Of a stretch of DNA of 64,000 nucleotides, positions 49,829-62,907 are shown piece by piece (the first letter of the stretch is position 1; every line of letters begins with the position of its first letter). Where the stretch lies: positions 11,609,480 to 11,673,479 of the forward strand of contig CM121342.1 of assembly GCA_051530055.1 (NCBI GenBank). Direction: 5' to 3'. This DNA comes from Neoechinorhynchus agilis (taxonomy: Eukaryota > Animalia > Acanthocephala). The translations under genes and the position numbers were made by a program. The notes beneath the pieces were generated by a model that saw only the letters and a program-made list of their open reading frames with translations, made no database searches and was not told where the DNA came from.

Positions 49829-50430
49829 TTGTTTTTGTGACGTCTCTCACCCACACATTTATTTGATCGAATTTTCGAGACTCGCCGGTCTCCTCTTCAG
49901 GTGTTGTCAACATCTAAAACACAAACAAGCGCTCGCTCAACATAAATTTACGTTTTGACTCGGGACCCCGGGTCCGTCATGCCCGTTAGCAGAGGCGCAA
50001 TTTTCCGTGCTGCTACCCTGGGGGGAACTTAGGTCGTGAGCGGATATCTGTGGCTGATAACTCCAGGGTCACATTCCCTTTGTTGCCTTCCATACGCTCT
50101 TGTCGCTCGGCCTGTTCTATCATCATGGACTCCATTATGAGCCTTCGTTGTAGGTGATCCTCACTCACTAGCATTGCTGCATTTTCAAATCCGATAGAGT
50201 GCGAGTTTTGGTGCGCATCGCTGACGTCGGGCACCCCGTCCGCATGACATAACGGTGTTGTCTAATGCGCTTGCCTAGCGGGCCCGGAGTCCTGAGTCAA
50301 AACGTAAATTGATGTGTAGCGAGCGTTTGTTTGTGTTTTAGATGCTGACAACACCTGAAGAGGAGACCGGCGAGTCTCGAAAATTCGATCAAATAAATAG
50401 ATGTCTGGGTGAGAGACGTCACAATAACAA
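49829..50430 (-). mobile_element. Penelope-like element remnant: GIY-YIG 3' fragment between ~150-bp inverted pseudo-LTRs, each with an HHR motif
   Basis: Arms 49829-49975 and 50280-50430 are inverted copies. The core on - encodes TPGPLGKRIRQHRYVMRTG.PTSA / HQNSHSIGFENA..L..E.HLQRRLIMES..I (PLE GIY-YIG C-terminal half). HHR CTGAAGA G GAGAC CGGCGA GTCTC GAA AATT C at 50355-50386 (+) and 49869-49900 (-). Confidence 0.82.
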
Positions 50431-50620
50431 TAAAGAAAATCTTTATTTTCGATCTTCTGCCATCTTCTTCAGGAATATACAAAGACGCGTGGAGTTGATT
50501 GAAGTGTGCTTTAAAGTAGCTACATTGAAGTGTGTGTGTGGAAAGTTCGTTATCGATCTAAGCCATCCTTCAATGAATGTGAAAATGAAATCCCCTCAAT
50601 TTAATACTGTTTCAAAAATG

Positions 50621-50752
50621 TCGGATTTTAAAAAATTCTCCCCGCTGATTGATTTCTCCGATATTTCACGTGTTCGATAATTTCCCTACATTTTCTTAAC
50701 ACGTGAAATACCGGGGAAGTAAATCGGGGAGGGTGAATTTTTAAAAATCCGA
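50621..50752. repeat. Inverted-repeat element (~55-bp arms) with remnant GAAATATC / GAAATACC
   Basis: tcggattttaaaaaattc...ccgatatttcacgtgtt pairs with aacacgtgaaataccgg...gaatttttaaaaatccga. Confidence 0.75.
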
Positions 50753-50882
50753 GATGTCTTAAAATAAGAAAAAGAAAGTATCTTCCCCCGCCGAAGATAT
50801 ATGAATTATTGGGTGTTTTTTTCAACCGCATGGTCATAATCTTGTGAAATACTATTTGATTTTATAGCCGTCATAGTTTCAG

Positions 50883-52576
50883 ATGGATATGGACGGCCTC
50901 AATGACGGCGGTGTGGAGATTATTGAAGACTATGGCCTTGTTGACTCACAATCTCATTCAAGACGACAACGAACGAAAAAATTCCAAAGTAAAATTTTGT
51001 TTTGAGACATAATCTTGCTGAGAATGTTAAAAACTAGAAAAGCAACGTACACTGTTTCAAGCAAGATCAACTGGAACGTTGAGATTGGACGTGCCGATTG
51101 CATGTTCAACTACTGGTAGTACTGATTGGGATTTGTTTGGATTGCCTCGATCATTGATCAACGCTTTGATTGCATCGGGATACGAGTCTCCTACAGAAGT
51201 TCAGCGTCGTATGTTGGAAACGGAATGGCCTGAGATGCACAGTAGCAGGTTTATAATTGCAGCGGAAACTGGTTCTGGGAAGACATTGGCATACGCTATA
51301 CCCATAATCGCTCGTTTAATCGACGATCCTTTTCAGGTATTGATCATAGCACCAACACGCGAATTGTGTTTGCAGATAAAACAAGTGTTCGTTTTCGCAA
51401 CTGCAGGTTCGAATGTGTGTACGTTACCTCTTGTAGGTGGAATCTCGATCCAGAAGCAACAGCGATTGATTGGTAAAAATCCACAAGTGATTGTGGCAAC
51501 ACCGGGTAGATTATTGGCTCTTTTAAATGATGAAGAACTAAAAATAAAGAATAAGTTTCGACGTAACCTTCGATTCCTAGTATTGGATGAAGCCGACCGT
51601 TTGTTTGATCAAAACAACGGAACCGCACTACGAGATATCAGCAAATTGTGTATTCGACGACGATCTTCGAGATGTCCCATGTACACCTTTGTGTTATCAG
51701 CCACAGTTTTGAACAATCAGCACAAACTGGAGAAATTCAGAAATAAAATTGTTCCGGATATTTTGATCGATACGACTGGACAGCGAGTGCAAATCCCACA
51801 AGGAATTAGTGAGTATCGAATACTGTGTGCAACGGATGAAAAAGATTATTACTTGGTGTATGTTCTGAGTACTCTATCGAAAACTAATCACAGAACCATA
51901 TTGTTTGTGAACAGTATTGATCAAGCGAAACGACTTAGATCTTTACTTACGTTGATGAAGATTAACTCGCTCGTTCTACATTCCCATCAGCGACAAAAAC
52001 ACCGTCTAAGTACACTTGAACGATTCTGTTCATCGATAGATAAAGCCGTGTTGGTTGCTACGGATGTTGCAGCACGAGGCATCGATGTCTTGTCGATCGA
52101 AACCGTAATTCATTATAATGTTCCAAGGTCGTTTGATCTTTACATCCACCGATCAGGCAGGACAGGAAGGCTTCAGACTGAGGGAACAACAATTGTGTTC
52201 GTGTGTCCCGAAGAAACGGAAATGTACCGTAGATTGCTGAGCGCCATGAAAAAGACTGAGCTTAAAGACTTTGAGGTTAACTATAAGAGAATGGATCGGC
52301 TTAGACGATTGGTACAGGTTAGTGAAGAAATCGAAAAACGACAGTTCAGTATCAGGGTGAATTCAAATAATATGGATTGGTTCGAACACCATGCTAAAGA
52401 ATGTGACTTGGAGTTGGATGAAAATATTACGTGAGCTATTTAATATCGCTTATACTTATCTTAATCGTTCTATTAGGCGAAAACATTCTTATTGTAAAAG
52501 CAAGTGTGAAAGTCAACACATGGAACTCACGAAACTAATGGCTGAAAGAGAAGCTTTGTTTAGTAACTTGTACTGA
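50883..52576 (+). CDS. DDX24: DEAD-box RNA helicase DDX24/Mak5
   Basis: Motifs PTEVQ, AAETGSGKTLAY, APTRELC, VGGISIQKQQR, ATPGRL, LDEAD, SAT, TDVAARGID, HRSGRTGR, and DDX24-type WFEHHAKECDLELDE. Short first and last introns. Confidence 0.9.
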
Positions 52577-52615
52577 TTAAATATCGAAATTTATACGGAC
52601 GACAACCATTTAGAC

Positions 52616-53170
52616 CAGTTGTTCTCAAACTTTTTTTGACATAAGGACCCTTTTTCAGGTGAAAAACTTGTACAGATTAAAAAACCCACTAAATGTATAA
52701 ATTAAAATTTTTTGTTTAAAACAAATTACAAATTTAATGACTTGGATTTAAGGGATGAGGGTATTGAAGTCCGGATCAATGAACATTTCCACGGACTGAA
52801 TCCACGTTCTACCAAATAGGAAAACGGAAAAACAATTAACAACCTCCGTACAAAATGCAGGATATTTAATTGATATCCGTTTTTTAGTAGCCAGAATTTC
52901 TAGTGTCCTTTTTCTAAAAACATATTTTGAATGTCTCATTTGTGGATATGTTAATAAGCAGCTCTTTGATTCATCTGTATTCGGGATCGGAGTTCGTTTA
53001 CACGCAAAGGAGTTCAACACCCAGTTGGGAATATACAAGTCGTTCAGATCTGCATTCTTCATCTCTATTTTGCAATTTCGATAGATTTGAAAAAGCTGAA
53101 ACTCTCCTTTTTCTAAGTTTTGTTTATACAGATAAAGTTTTACTAAAAACGCAGAAATTACGCTTTTAGT
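52616..53170 (-). mobile_element. hAT (Buster/Charlie-type) DNA transposon 3' remnant
   Basis: DLNDLYIPNWVLNSF...KYPAFC...DPDFNTLIP resembles the Buster/ZBED transposase C-terminus. TIR-like cagttgttctcaaact at 52616, flanked by atttagac (NNNTANNN). Confidence 0.7.
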
Positions 53171-53184
53171 TTTGATTAAATTTT

Positions 53185-53345
53185 TTGGAATCGAGACACT
53201 CGGGTCGTTGGGTACCGCGGCGCAGGCGGTCCGAGATCAGGAGCATTCCTCCTACAAAACATAAGTCTACCCCTTCAACGAGAAGGGACCATGTATCCGT
53301 CATTTCGACCGTTACACCAGGATGGCGGGATAGTGATCCAAAGCA
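53185..53345 (+). mobile_element. CRE-like retrotransposon extreme 3' fragment
   Basis: FGIETLGSLGTAA...ISLPLQRE. The nucleotides match the reverse complement of 15720-15835 (gcattcctcc...aaaacata.gtct; tcgaccgttacaccagga). Confidence 0.7.
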
Positions 53346-54093
53346 GTGGCAGGAATGTTGGTAAGATTTGGTCGAGATTGACAGTTTCAAATTAGTTTCG
53401 TTAAATTAGCTATATAGGCCATGTCATTTTTTGAGCTAATTAAATTGTTTTTTCTAAATAATTGTTTTTGTTTTCCAGGAATTCTAACACTGACGTTAAG
53501 TACAAAGGCTTTTTTCTAAAAGAGAGAAAGATGTTTATATTTTACTGAGGACATGAACATCTCTAGACACAAATTGTTATTTCTTAAAATAATAATAAAT
53601 ATTGATGGCATTTTCTTCTTTTATATTAAACATTGCGCGTACCTCTTCCACTTTAATGTTGTTTTCATTGACCCCAAAATCAATTTTAATTTCCTGTGGC
53701 CATGAACCCTGGAGGTACGTACGGACCACGTTGGGAACCATTAGCGGATGAGATGGTTTATTTTTGGGTCGTTATAAAAGAATGGTAAGACATAATGCTC
53801 GTATGAACTATTTCATTTTGCGCGATGAAAGAGTTAAGAAATTAGTCAGAGAAAGCGATAATTCATTGTACACAATAATTGCCGGCTTTTTCTTTGGAAT
53901 TTTAGTCTTAAACTTCATTGCCGCATGGTTAAAATGTACAATAAAAATGTAGAATACAACAAGTTTAGATTTGCATGAGATAAGCATTCTGCCTTGTCTT
54001 CGATAAGAATGCTAAATCGATAATGTGCGAAAAACTCTTACGCTCGTCCTTACTCAGAGTTAAACGACGCCAAACGTCCATGAATCACACAAT

Positions 54094-54717
54094 ATGGCAC
54101 CCGGGCGCCTCATAAACCATTATCAAAGACTTGTAAAGAAAGTAACACTGCAACTCATTAAAAAGGCGTGGCTTATGTTTAGTAGATATAAATATTATCG
54201 AGATCCATTTTTGAATCAAATGCTGAAAGCTAAGCCATATATTGATCCAGTAGTGATCAATACATTACCTGATCAGATACTTTCCACTTTCACACCCGAC
54301 GTAGACGAATCGTTGGATCTGCGAGATGATAATCCGTATCCTGATGTACAAGTCAATCTCGATAGAAGACCGTTTCATTCAATGTCGTTGTTTAGATTGA
54401 AATCAGCAGACCATTTGAAATACGGATACCGATACCTCGAGTCTATTCATTACCACGATGATCAGGATTATGAGAAAGGATTCGTTAACTACGCCCTACC
54501 TGAAGGGTATGGATCTTTATACAGCCAAGGAGATTTCGATGAAGTCATTCTCGATAGCATCAGAACGAATGAAGATAGAATACCTGTCGAAATGCAACGG
54601 CATGAAAATTTCGATTATTCGCCATTGCCAGTGTCATCTTATCTACACTGGATACCCTTGTCACAAACAAGGAAGATGTTTCAATCCGGAAACGAACTGT
54701 GGATGGAAAAGAAGTAG
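54094..54717 (+). CDS. Hypothetical protein (Tyr/Asp-rich), no family recognised
   Basis: 207-aa open frame with protein-like composition. Start and splice structure are unclear. Confidence 0.45.
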   Translation: MAPGRLINHYQRLVKKVTLQLIKKAWLMFSRYKYYRDPFLNQMLKAKPYIDPVVINTLPDQILSTFTPDVDESLDLRDDNPYPDVQVNLDRRPFHSMSLFRLKSADHLKYGYRYLESIHYHDDQDYEKGFVNYALPEGYGSLYSQGDFDEVILDSIRTNEDRIPVEMQRHENFDYSPLPVSSYLHWIPLSQTRKMFQSGNELWMEKK

Positions 54718-54968
54718 TTTAAATACACTTTTTTCTCTCTAATTGTCCGTCAATTTCGTTGAATATCTCATTTTAGGTTTTGATCCAAAATACTTGGAGG
54801 ACGAGGAATGCGGTTAAATTAGAATGCGTACTTATTCCCAGCCCCTCGGCTGCCTCCGAAATGTATCCCATGCGGCTGTAAAAATAGCTCAAAACCTCCT
54901 TAAATCCTAAACAGTTTTCGGTAGCCAGAGATAGACACTGCGCTTTACCATCGGCGGACTCATGATTT

Positions 54969-57201
54969 GTGCCTATAATTTTTATTCAAACTTGCGAAAC
55001 AAATTGCACGACGCAGTTAATGACGTCACTACATACCGCTGCAACGACCACGCCCGATACGACAACCGCCGCGCCTGCTCGCTCCGCCCGCCCGCAAGCA
55101 GGTGAGCATTTCCGCCTCTGCGATCTCCGAATTGCAAAGGCTCAATGTGGAACCTGCCAAAGGACTTTCGAACCTTTATCTAGCGGACTTGTACGTTCGC
55201 ATGGCAAGCGTAACTCTCGTTGCCCAGGTTCCGGAAAAACCAAATCATCTTTTGGATCAACAGGCAGTCATAAGCAAACCTTTGGACGTCGAGTATCTCG
55301 TTATTCACATTGACCGACTAGCCTAGGACGCCAATATCGAGTTCAACGCACCTCCGGATTCCCAGCAGCAGGCTCCATACGTTCCCACATCATGCTGTTC
55401 GATTTGCAAGGGTATTTATCCGTTGACGAAGATGGGCGTCCTCAGAGTACATGGGCCCAAAGACTCCCGTTGCAAAGGGTCTTCTTTACCCCCACATTCT
55501 TACCAATCGTCCCCTCGTAGCTAAAACACCGACTTTGATTTTATTCACAAAATGCGGAGCTGTTCGACTTTTAGCCTCAGCCGAAGATTTCGCCCCCAAC
55601 CATGAAGCCACGTATCAGGCTCTTTTAAATACGCACCCCAATTTTAGTGGAGCGACGGTGTTTAACTTTCCACAAGTAGTGCCGGACCCAACTTCCGTCA
55701 ATGAATTTAAAAGGGCTATTTCCTCCCTCGCCAAGGGTTCATGACACGGACCTGACGGTTTGCGCCCTCAACACCTAAAGGATATGTTATCCTTCTCGAC
55801 CTGTGCTGCGGGTAAAGTCCTGGAATCTGCTCTGGTCAGAGTGGTTGACCTTTTCATCCGGGGTTCTCTTAGTGAATTCGCAATCCTGCTTTTCTTCTCG
55901 GCTTCTCTCTGTGCGCTTTCGAAAAAAGATGGCGGGATTCGTCCCATCGCAATCGGCTGCAATCTTCGGAGACTTGCAGCTAAAATAATATGTAAGAGAG
56001 TTTCGCCGAAATTGGGTGGGGTGTTGAAGCCTTTCCAGCTAGGATGCTGCACACCTTGTGGTGCCGAGGCCATTACTCACGCACTCCGCGACCATCTTGA
56101 AGTAGCAAAGGCTCCTTTGGTCGTCTTAAAGTTAGATTTTAAAAACGCCTTCAACTCCTTCCTCAGAGAGAAAATGTTAGATGCCATCAAAGATTTTATC
56201 CCTTAAAGTTACCCCCACCTTTTATCAGCCTACTCCAATAAAACCCTTCTCCTATACAACAATCAGTTTATTTGGTCCCAATGCGGTGTCCAGCAGGGTG
56301 ACCCCTTGGCCCCATTGGATTCGCGTGTACAATCAATGAATTGGTACAATCACTAATTTCTCCTTTCAACGGCTGGTACCTGGATGACGCCACACTCAGC
56401 GGTGATCCCCAGGTTGTTTTAAGGGACTTACAAGCTGTTATAAGCGAAGCAGAAAACTTGGGCCTCGAACTGAATTTCGAAAAATGCGAAATCCTTTTTC
56501 AGGGATTCGATGACAGTTCACGTTCGACGATCATCGCAGATTTTCGGCAAGTTGCTCCCGGGGTGCGCGAGGTTACAAAATACGAATTTAATATCCTCGG
56601 AAGCCCCATTTTCGCCGAAAATGTCTCAAAGGACCTCGAGGCCCACTGTCGCAGCGGCTCTATAGTTGACGCTAATGGCAGACGCGGCTTCTGTTGTATA
56701 ATGTCCAGAGGGAGGTTTCCAAGACACGCAGAGTTGAACTCAATTTTGAGTAGAGCCCTAGATTCCGTTCACGTGCCTAATATTCTAGAGCTGAGTAATT
56801 TATGCCGCCTAGACCGCAAGCGACCTGACGGTGTCACGGTTTTTCCATGGCGGGAGGGAAAACCGCTTTTATGGGATGCGACTTGTGTGGACACGCTTGC
56901 GCCCAGTAATTTTCCCTTTTCAAAAAAGAGCCTTGGAGGTTCAGTGGTCGCAGCTGAGGAACGAAAGCGTTCAAAATATAGAGAGCTATTAAGGAATTAC
57001 CATTTCGTCCCTTTCGCCGTGGAAACGTATGGAGCCTTGGAACCGTCAGCGCTCACTCTCCTCGGCGATTTGGGACGAAGGACGAAAAGAATGACGGGGG
57101 AACCGCGCTCTAGAAATTTCCTCGCTCAACGAATCGCAATTGCGATACAGCGAAGCAACGCTGCCAGTATACTGGCAACGTCGGGATGTTTACAGGAATA
57201 A
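54969..57201 (+). mobile_element. CRE-like non-LTR retrotransposon, most complete copy (two N-terminal zinc fingers, RT, restriction-like endonuclease), internally deleted and frameshifted
   Basis: Zinc fingers CGTCQRTF...HGKRNSRCPGS and CSICKGIY...HGPKDSRCKGS. RT motifs GPDGLRPQHLKD, KKDGGIRPIAIG, KLDFKNAFN, GVQQGDPL, WYLDD. Endonuclease RPDGVTVFPW...WDATCVDT...FAVETYG...IAIAIQRSNAAS. The thumb/linker region is deleted near 56640. Confidence 0.92.
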
Positions 57202-57639
57202 ATTTTAAACATTTTAATAGAAGATGATTTTTTCCATTGTTTGATATTATATTAATTTTCGCCATCTTAAAGTAAAAAAATTCAGTCAAGACAATGGTCG
57301 TATTCTACTGTCACTTATAACAAAACAAAATCTGAGCAAGGTCGATACTCATTTTGTTGTGGCACTTCAAATTGATTTAAAAAAGATCCGAAAATGAAGA
57401 TATTTTCTTTTTCTTAGTGTTACCACCTCCAATTCAAAAAATTCATTGATTTTGGTTCCGGATATTTCATGTAATCGAAAATAAATCATCTGTGTGGTAA
57501 AACGATCATATAAAATCAATATATAAAGTAAAAGTTGGAATGAAAACCGTAATTTAATTCTAAATGATATTTTCCAACGAATCAATCTCAGAATTCTCAA
57601 ATGGATCTCGTTGATTCGCAAATAGCGCAGCAGAAATGT

Positions 57640-60600
57640 TTATAAATCTTCATAGGCATTATCAGATATTTTCGTAAATTCGTTAGAGCTCGTAAAGTAT
57701 TCGACAATGTCAGCTTCGGAAAAATTCAACCGAACATTAGAATCAGGATAGCATTGGTGCATCATGTCACAGTAATGTCTGTATTGAACAATCAGAAGTT
57801 CCTGCAAATCATGCCATATAACCTATCGATGAATAAAAATAATATTCTTATGATCGGTACAAAACGGATACTTACTTGTGACAACGAACTGTTATTTGAA
57901 ATTTGCTGCTGAAGTTGCCTATGAAGAGAATCAAGACTTCTTACAACCTAGACACGATGAAATGTTCATATTTGTTCAATAAAATTACTTCGCTCCATGG
58001 ATTCTCTCTAATGAGCCTTTTAAGGTGAGCAACCGATAAATCATTCTGAAACTGTATGTCCGACGGCCTTATGCCGGCCTCGATCTTTTGCTCAATTTTG
58101 TCAAAGAATATCTAAATATCAAGTAGATCAGCTAACGGAATTAAAAGATTACTCAACAACATAAATCAGTGTTTTTAAAACACGAAGCAAGTTACAAATA
58201 ATTGCCCTGTGAACGTTTACTCACATACATGCCCTTGAACGGTTTCCCAAAATACTTGTCAACGAATAGCGCCTTGTAGTTAAGATATCGCTCCTCGGCT
58301 AACTTGCGATCACCTTCAAAACTCTGAACTTTGCATAATCTCAGAACGTCTGAAAATGTGCTTAATAATAAAAGATACAAACGTAAGAAATCGATCTAAC
58401 TTACGCTGTAACTGGTGATAATTTTCGATGCAAATTAAATGACCAGGTACTACGTAATTATCGATATTGGCAGCAGATTCGATCTTTTGAAATATAGTAT
58501 GGATGATTTTGGCGTAAACTCGATCGAGGTCTACTCTTCGAGACGATAAAGCGAAAATGCTTTCAGCCTCGTCTACAAACTCCTTTTTAAACTATGCACT
58601 TAGGTGAAGTAGAACTCGAAGGTAAACCTGAAAAAAATTGACAAATGGCAATATGCCAACAGCTCGATTTCTTGTAATTTTGTACTGTGATATTGCTCCA
58701 CATACTTCTTCCTTCAGAAAATGTGATTAATTTTCTCTTCACAACGAATAAGAAACTAACAGCATACCGGTCCACTGCTCGTTTTGCGATGATCAAAAGA
58801 CCTGCAATGGTTTTATTACCAAAATAGTTATTGATTGTCAATGTCTTTTGATTGTATGCACTGATTATTTCAAACAAATATATACAGTTGCTGTTCATCG
58901 GTTCGCTAAGTTTAATAGTCAATACGATCAAATACTCACAAGTGGTCTAAGCTAATGAGATAAAATAAAAGCGATTGGAGTTCAGTACCGATTGTCGTAA
59001 ATACACCGGCCATTTGTGATCTGATCCGTAGACTTGTTCCAATGTCTCCTTTCCTGGAGCCACCTCCACTGCTACTACCAATGGTGCCAGTATCAACGTT
59101 TCTACTCGATTTGTCTAAACTTTGATTATCCATGGAACCGCCTATACTACTAGTGGTTAGTGGTCGCTGCTGGTCGCTAGAAGACGATGAAGTCGGCGCC
59201 GCGGCTACTTGATCAATTTTGCATTTAAACGACTCCTGGAAGTCGTCAAGGAAACTCGATTGACTTTCGTTCGGATCGTCATTCATTCCAAAAAAATCGA
59301 CAAAAAAATCGTGCTGCTCTTTCATACTTTCTAAGACATTATCCAAGGTTTTTCTCATTATCTAAAGACGGAATAACATATATTTTACAGTTTGTTAAAA
59401 TTGGATTAAGTTATACTTTTGAGATACTTTGCCTTTGACTCTTAGATTTTGATGGCTGAACAAGGGGATCCATTGATTTGGACGAAAGTGTTAAAGAATC
59501 ACTGCGTTGCTTGTTAACTGTTCTAAACACTCCATCCATTGTTACAGACCCTAAGCGAAGTTAAACTATAAACACTGTTGATGAACCGGATAGAACAAGA
59601 TCATGCCAGGATCCGGGCCTTTTATATCATTGTTACATATTAAAAAAGTTACTATTAAATTCAGCAATTATAAAGTTAAAAACTATTTGGATTGAATTTT
59701 TGTATGGACGGTTGGAAACCGCTATTATTTTGTAGTAGAAAGATCTGTACAACTTGGGTTCATGTTAATAGCAATTGATTTGTAGTGTTATAAAATTTAC
59801 TGTCAAATTCAGCAATTATAAAGTTAAAAAATATTTGGATTAGCGTCGTTTGTGTGTTTGCTGATTTCAACCTACAAGTAAGCCCTTTTTGAATACACTT
59901 TAAAAAGGGTCGTCTTCGTTCGAATACGTTGGAAAATTAAATTAAATAAATACCTGAAGTTACTTTTCTTTGGCCATATTCATTCGAAGCCACTGTTTTA
60001 GCCAATTCAATGAATTTGGAAATCTCTTTATCGTAAATCGGTGCAAGTGACATTTTGAACACCTTTTTTTGAATTGGAAAGCATAGGCCAAAACGAAATA
60101 CGAACCTTACTAAGCTGTCGAACCAGTTCTATGTCTGCGACTTTAAGCCATTTGCAAAGTTCGGAATATTTGCAAATGTGAGCAAAAAGTTCACGATGAT
60201 GAGGGGAATCCTTTTCATTCTTAACAGGTTTAATATCCTCTGCTGCAATCGATTTTCTAATTTGGTCCGATAAGAAGTAGTAAATCTTTTGAATTATTCT
60301 ATTCAAATATTCGGTCAACTGCAGCTTTGTGTCCCGGATTGCAGCAAGGTTTTGTTCGAGTGAATCGGGAAATACAACTCGGCAAGCAGTCAATACTTTA
60401 TTTGCAATTGTAATAGAGCTTGAAATTACTTGATCATCTTTGAATCCTTCGTCAACAACTGATTCCAAATAGTCCAATTCATTTTGATCAACATCTAATG
60501 TGTCCTTTATAAGATTTTTGTACCTAGTCTATAATAAGTCCTTTAAATTACTTACCACAATAAGCTGCAGGAGTTGTTCAAGTCGAACCCGATTAGTGTG

Positions 60601-62184
60601 CTCCAATTGAATTAAAGTGTCTTTGTCACTCATCACTTTTAAAAGATAATGGATTCGCTTTCCTTTTATTTGATAGCCTTTGGATTAATGAAAAATAAGT
60701 GAGAAAAAACAATTGAATTCACCAAATAATTCTCAAAACAGACTTTTCAATCGACTGGGGTTGGCACGCCACAACATATGAATTTTCAAAGAGGATTACA
60801 CATTATCTAGGACGACAGTGAGGATTAATTCATATAATTACCATAAGCAGTAGTATCTAGGGGCCAACTTTTGATCAAAACCGAATTTTGCCACTTAGTC
60901 CAATATTATGCAACAACCGAGCTTGTCCTCCTATCGTACGTTATGGCTGTAGTTCTAATATTGTCGCTTCTATAGATCAGAATGGGATTTCTGGTTTTAT
61001 TAAAAAAATATACTTGTGTTCTTAACAAAAATATCGACTGCTTTAAAAGAAGATATCATGTGTCGCCATTACACCACTACTTGTATTTTAGAACTGATGA
61101 TGAACCTGATGAAGTTCGCAAAACGTCTTTAATAAATAATCATTTACCGCGGGTGAAGACTTCTAAACAACACTTTTTCCCTAGATGGTTTTAGAGAAAG
61201 CGAATCATCATCGTTTACAGCATCAGCTACCAGCTAAATAGTTAAAAATAGCTTGGAAATAATCTTGATCTGACGACAGTACTCACATCGAATCTGGCTT
61301 CAAAATTTGAAAGTTTATCTTCGATTCGTGTTAAGTCACCAATAGTATCATCTAATTTGTTCATCATAACCAAAGCATCTTCTTCGGCTCTCATAATAGT
61401 GTTCACGTTGGCCTGTCACAGAAATTATGTTAACAAAAAACAATCTAAGCTTAATAAATCGACGAACAGAATCGAGTTCGGCAAGTCGCTTGCTCATTTC
61501 ATTCATTAAATGATCGGCATCTTTGAGTTCGATTTCCCAATCAGACATGAGACCGATCAGTCGTTTCTGTTCTTCGTCAGTGATTGCCTGGTAATTTTTA
61601 AAGTCTTCAAAGACACTTTCTTGAGTTACTGCAATGTCTTTCAAATCTTTCAGAATTGACAATGAGTGTGAACAAAAATAACAGAATACAAACTAGATAT
61701 TTCGTCTGACAGTTTAAAATTGACAAATACCGGTGATTGATCGTTTCTCAGATAATGATTCGAAAGCTTAAAGAACTACAAAGTTAAACATTCTATTATA
61801 TGCTCTTTTTCATACTTTATACAGCGCCAACAGAATATTGTTTTTGTCAATGGGATTGTCGCATTGAATTCTGTAAGATTTCTGGAGTTCCAAATCAAAC
61901 CTCAAAGGTTCATCAGCACGGCCATCAATTGATTTTACGTTCCTAAGAAGAATAGTTGATTTTTTCTTGAATTCGTTTGATTTCTCCGATCGTTTAAGGT
62001 AATGAATAACCGGTTGAGCTTCACCATCTAATAAGATATTAGCAGCCATATAAACGTTCCGTTCGTCTCGTTTCTTCTTTGTTAAATCGGTTATACAGAC
62101 AACGCAAACACATCGTTCATTATTTGGAAAGAATAAGTTCTTGTTCAGATTATCTCTGAGTTCCGTCTTTGCTGAGTTGGACAT
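57640..62184 (-). CDS. EXOC1: Exocyst complex component 1 (Sec3), multi-exon
   Basis: N-terminal PH-like LFFPNNER...FDLELQKSY; YQAITDEEQ...ELDS|ANVNTIM; C-terminal SQ|VIWHDLQE...HQCYP...FSEADIVEY. Stop at 57640-57642. Confidence 0.9.
59649..59841 (+). repeat. Pair of 45-bp direct repeats in an EXOC1 intron
   Basis: ttactattaaattcagcaattataaagttaaaaactatttggatt at 59649 and a near-identical copy at 59797. Confidence 0.75.
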
Positions 62185-62704
62185 CTTTGGAAGCAAGAAG
62201 ATATATTATTAAGAAATATGTTGCATGCAAAATAATAAAAAAACACGATTTTGATTCAATGTTTGTTATAGAAAAACTCGGCACACCGCTCGTTGAACAC
62301 CTTCATTGATTGGGCTTTAACGATTTCTTCTAAAGGCGATGATTTCCGGACATCAGAGAATTTGTAGTTCATTTGTGTTAAAATTTAAACAAAACCACCC
62401 TACTTGGACGCTTGATTGAATCCGATCTCTCTTTAACGAATTTCATTAGTGCATCATACCGTTCAAAATATTCCCTAGAAATAACACTCAGAAAATGCGA
62501 ATAAAATCTCATCAATAATATGGAGACTATTTTTGAAGAATTCTGAATGTAAGCGAACCGAATAAAGCAGAAAAATAGGCTAATAAAAATAAGAATTTAA
62601 CGAAAGGAAAATCTAAGAGGAAGTTTTTAATGAATTTTTATACCTTGAGAACGCAGGCTAAACAAATCTTAAATGATGGAAATAAGATGTCCGATTAAAA
62701 AACA

Positions 62705-62862
62705 TTACTGTTATTTGGCGGTCGCTTCTCAACATCCGAGATAGGAAAATACAAGTAAGCTTTTGATACATTCGTCTCTTTAACGCGATCTCTCTCGGGT
62801 GTTCATGAACGGCCTAAACAAAAAGAAATCTCTAACCACTCGGCCGAATGCAATCGTCAATA
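62705..62862. repeat. Family E copy, inverted and internally deleted
   Basis: cattcgtctctttaacgcgatctctctcgggtgt...cctaaaca...tctctaaccactcggccgaatgca matches 49715-49775 and the reverse complement of the tail. Confidence 0.8.
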
Positions 62863-62907
62863 AAACCTTACTGTTCGAATCTCCTCAGAAGAGATTTGCG
62901 TTTCTGT

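Noticed and set aside
53701-53952. Small single-TM protein
   Set aside because: No ATG-initiated continuous frame or clear splice sites.
54830-54900. HDV-like ribozyme at the 5' end of the CRE element (cccagcccctcggctg)
   Set aside because: It superficially resembles the HDV P3/L3 region, but P1, P1.1 and P2 partners could not be found.
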